A DNA stretch of 64,000 nucleotides from Hyphochytrium catenoides (taxonomy: Eukaryota > Protista > Hyphochytriomycota). The notes beneath the pieces are model-generated. The model searched no databases. It saw only the letters and a program-made list of their open reading frames with translations, and was not told the DNA's origin. Positions 62,301-64,000 of this stretch are shown here, piece after piece. Made by a program: the position numbers and the translations under genes. Within the stretch, counting starts at the first letter, position 1. Every line of letters begins with the position of its first letter. The DNA is taken from NCBI GenBank assembly GCA_900088475.1, contig FLMG01001584.1, positions 1 to 64,000 on the forward strand, given 5' to 3'.

Positions 62301-64000
62301 CTTCTTAGTGGATTTAGATTCACCCCTCTTCCTCCCACCCCTCCATCTATCGAAGTCCAAGAGGGTTCGTTGTTATCATTGTTATATTGTGCCACTCGAA
62401 TCTGCCAGACACTATCAATGGGGTTCCATTCGTGCCAGATAGCCATCAAAGTCGGGGTCGTAGGAGAGGATACAGGAGAAACAGACACCAATCGCAGTCC
62501 TCCGGCAGGTTGAGAGCTGTCAATAGCAAGAGAAGATGAACCTGTCACATCACTCCAGCTTGGACCCAGGAGAGATGGATCGAGTTGGACTGAAACACGC
62601 AGCAGAGATTGACCTCCAGCCACTTCTACTCTTCCAGCATATAGCAACCCCATATGCTCGACACCTGATACCGCCACTACGGAGAGAGACGACGGCGTGA
62701 GGAGGGGCCCCAGATAGTCCAGACAGACGAGAGAAAAATGCCCTGCATAATCCAATGTTGGGGAAGAGTCTCCTTCCTGCACCTCATAAAGAAAGCGGAG
62801 TTCTTTGGGTGACATTTGACGATATAACGGCAGAACCGTGTCATATTCTTTGCCGGTTCTTATGGCTAAAGACACCTGACCGTGACTGCTGGGAGTGATA
62901 GACACAGGAGACGAGAAAAATACGGATATCGGAATGATCTCTCCCACTCCATAGGTTCCACTCGGTATGCTGCTATTCACCGATGATATAACTGTGACGG
63001 CGTTTGCAATGCTTATTCCGAACGTCGGGAAGAGACGCAGCGGGGTCCCTGACAGACTGCGGAGGAGTGTCCGAGCTTCAGTGGTAGTAGACGCCTGCAC
63101 TATTGATGCGCCTAGTGAAATGGAAGTGAAGAGAATGGTTTTTCAGGTAAGCTAAGCTGCTTCCAATGCGATCGAAGGCCAGGCTGAAGCTTTGGATAAC
63201 AACAAACGTTAACCTCAGGTGAAATACGAGAGGACTAAGTGCACAACGTGTTAGCTAACTTACCTGAGGGTAACTCCAGAGCAGTGTCGCCTTCAACATC
63301 CACTACTGGTGCACTGTCTCCCAGATTCACCATGTACTCAAATATGCAAGTCCGGCCCCCTTCCATTCGAGAAAATGGTGCCCTTCCGATCCGTCCTCCC
63401 AGCCTGAGAGACATCACAGGAGCGCCTATGGTTCCAAGAAGCGTACGTCAATAGGTATTACTATCGAGAGAAGGCATCCTGCTGAAAGCTGGGCGACAGA
63501 AATGAAATCTACATTGGGAAATATGGGCCAGCACAGGACTTGACATCTCAAAGGGACAAGGTCGTGGGAGAAGGGTAGAGGTTCCAATATAGGAGAGAAA
63601 GGAACTTTGGGTTTTAAACCTGTGACATCAACGTCGGCCTGGAACACCACAGCTATCGGGATTATTTGCCCTGCAGTGTAAATCCCGTCCGGGACCAATG
63701 GGTAGAGCTCCTCCACAGCGTTTACGGTGGGGCTTAGAGTGATTGCGGACAAAGATGCTGCAGGCAAGAGCAGCTCCGCGTGGGTCATTGGAGAACCAGA
63801 CGCCTTCTTGATGTATGTATCCTCAATCGAGCCGTAGAGAACTGTTAGCCCTCGAGCACCCTCTACGTCGAGTCCCACAACCGAGTCATATTCTGTGACC
63901 TGAAACCGAAAAAGGAGCGTATCCCCTTTATCAGCTCCAGCTCCGTCACTAGTAGATAGCGACGACGATGCAAAGTCACTGAGCAAAAAAAATGGTGCGT
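44370..64000 (-). CDS. Giant modular extracellular-type protein (5' end outside window): ~17 Ig-like adhesin-type repeats, two 7-repeat beta-propellers, tail-like repeats, YHYH domain, P-domain with nested F-type lectin-like domain, C-terminal Ig/cadherin-like module
   Basis: Recurrent P.GtY..G..I.I.V.Fs.pV.V.G.P.L.L...A.Y..G.gT..L.F.Y.V..GD....LdY....L.l.gg.I......adL.LP motif across many minus-strand exons that join in phase by GT-AG; single 4.9-kb exon 58249-63111; stop TAA at 44370. Hand estimate ~4,500 aa within the window. Confidence 0.85.
57298..57419. repeat. Two adjacent intronic duplications (21 bp x2; 29 bp x2 with 35-bp period)
   Basis: gagaaggccagaagaggacgt x2 (57298-57339); aggtccacagaatgtagcccgagtaaaag at 57356-57384 and 57391-57419. 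Confidence 0.92.

Noticed and set aside
324-64000. Alternative genetic code or stop readthrough to explain fragmented ORFs
   Set aside because: Stops fall within introns, and conserved genes (PSMA7, CDC40, RRP7, kinesin) splice cleanly under the standard code
44370-64000. Bacterial contamination or recent prokaryotic insertion
   Set aside because: The gene carries dozens of spliceosomal introns with the same signals as neighbouring housekeeping genes

Overview
Intron-dense eukaryotic genomic DNA (mostly GT-AG introns, CTAAC/CTGAC branch points, CT-rich tracts, two short N gaps). Gene content suggests a flagellate-capable stramenopile (inference). All spliced models were built by hand, so exon boundaries are provisional. 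Genes in order: RSPH14-like ARM protein (+), ML-domain cathepsin L-like protease (-), a repeat-rich intergenic block, RRP7 (+), PPIL6-like cyclophilin (-), kinesin-4-type motor with a p25alpha-like tail motif (+), ZNHIT3-like zf-HIT (-), one long gene that appears to join a PX-BAR sorting nexin to a WW domain and an auxilin-type J domain (-), a small OTUD6-N-like basic protein (-), CDC40/PRP17 (+), an IQ/zinc-ribbon protein (-), PSMA7 (+), and the 3' ~19.6 kb of a giant modular extracellular-type protein (-). The giant protein has about 17 bacterial-adhesin-like Ig repeats with beta-propeller, YHYH and tail-like modules inserted, followed by a nested P-domain/F-type-lectin cassette. The best candidates for undescribed systems are the SNX-BAR/WW/J fusion (with a possible splice switch) and the giant nested-domain protein. 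No tRNA, rRNA, CRISPR array or intact transposase was seen.
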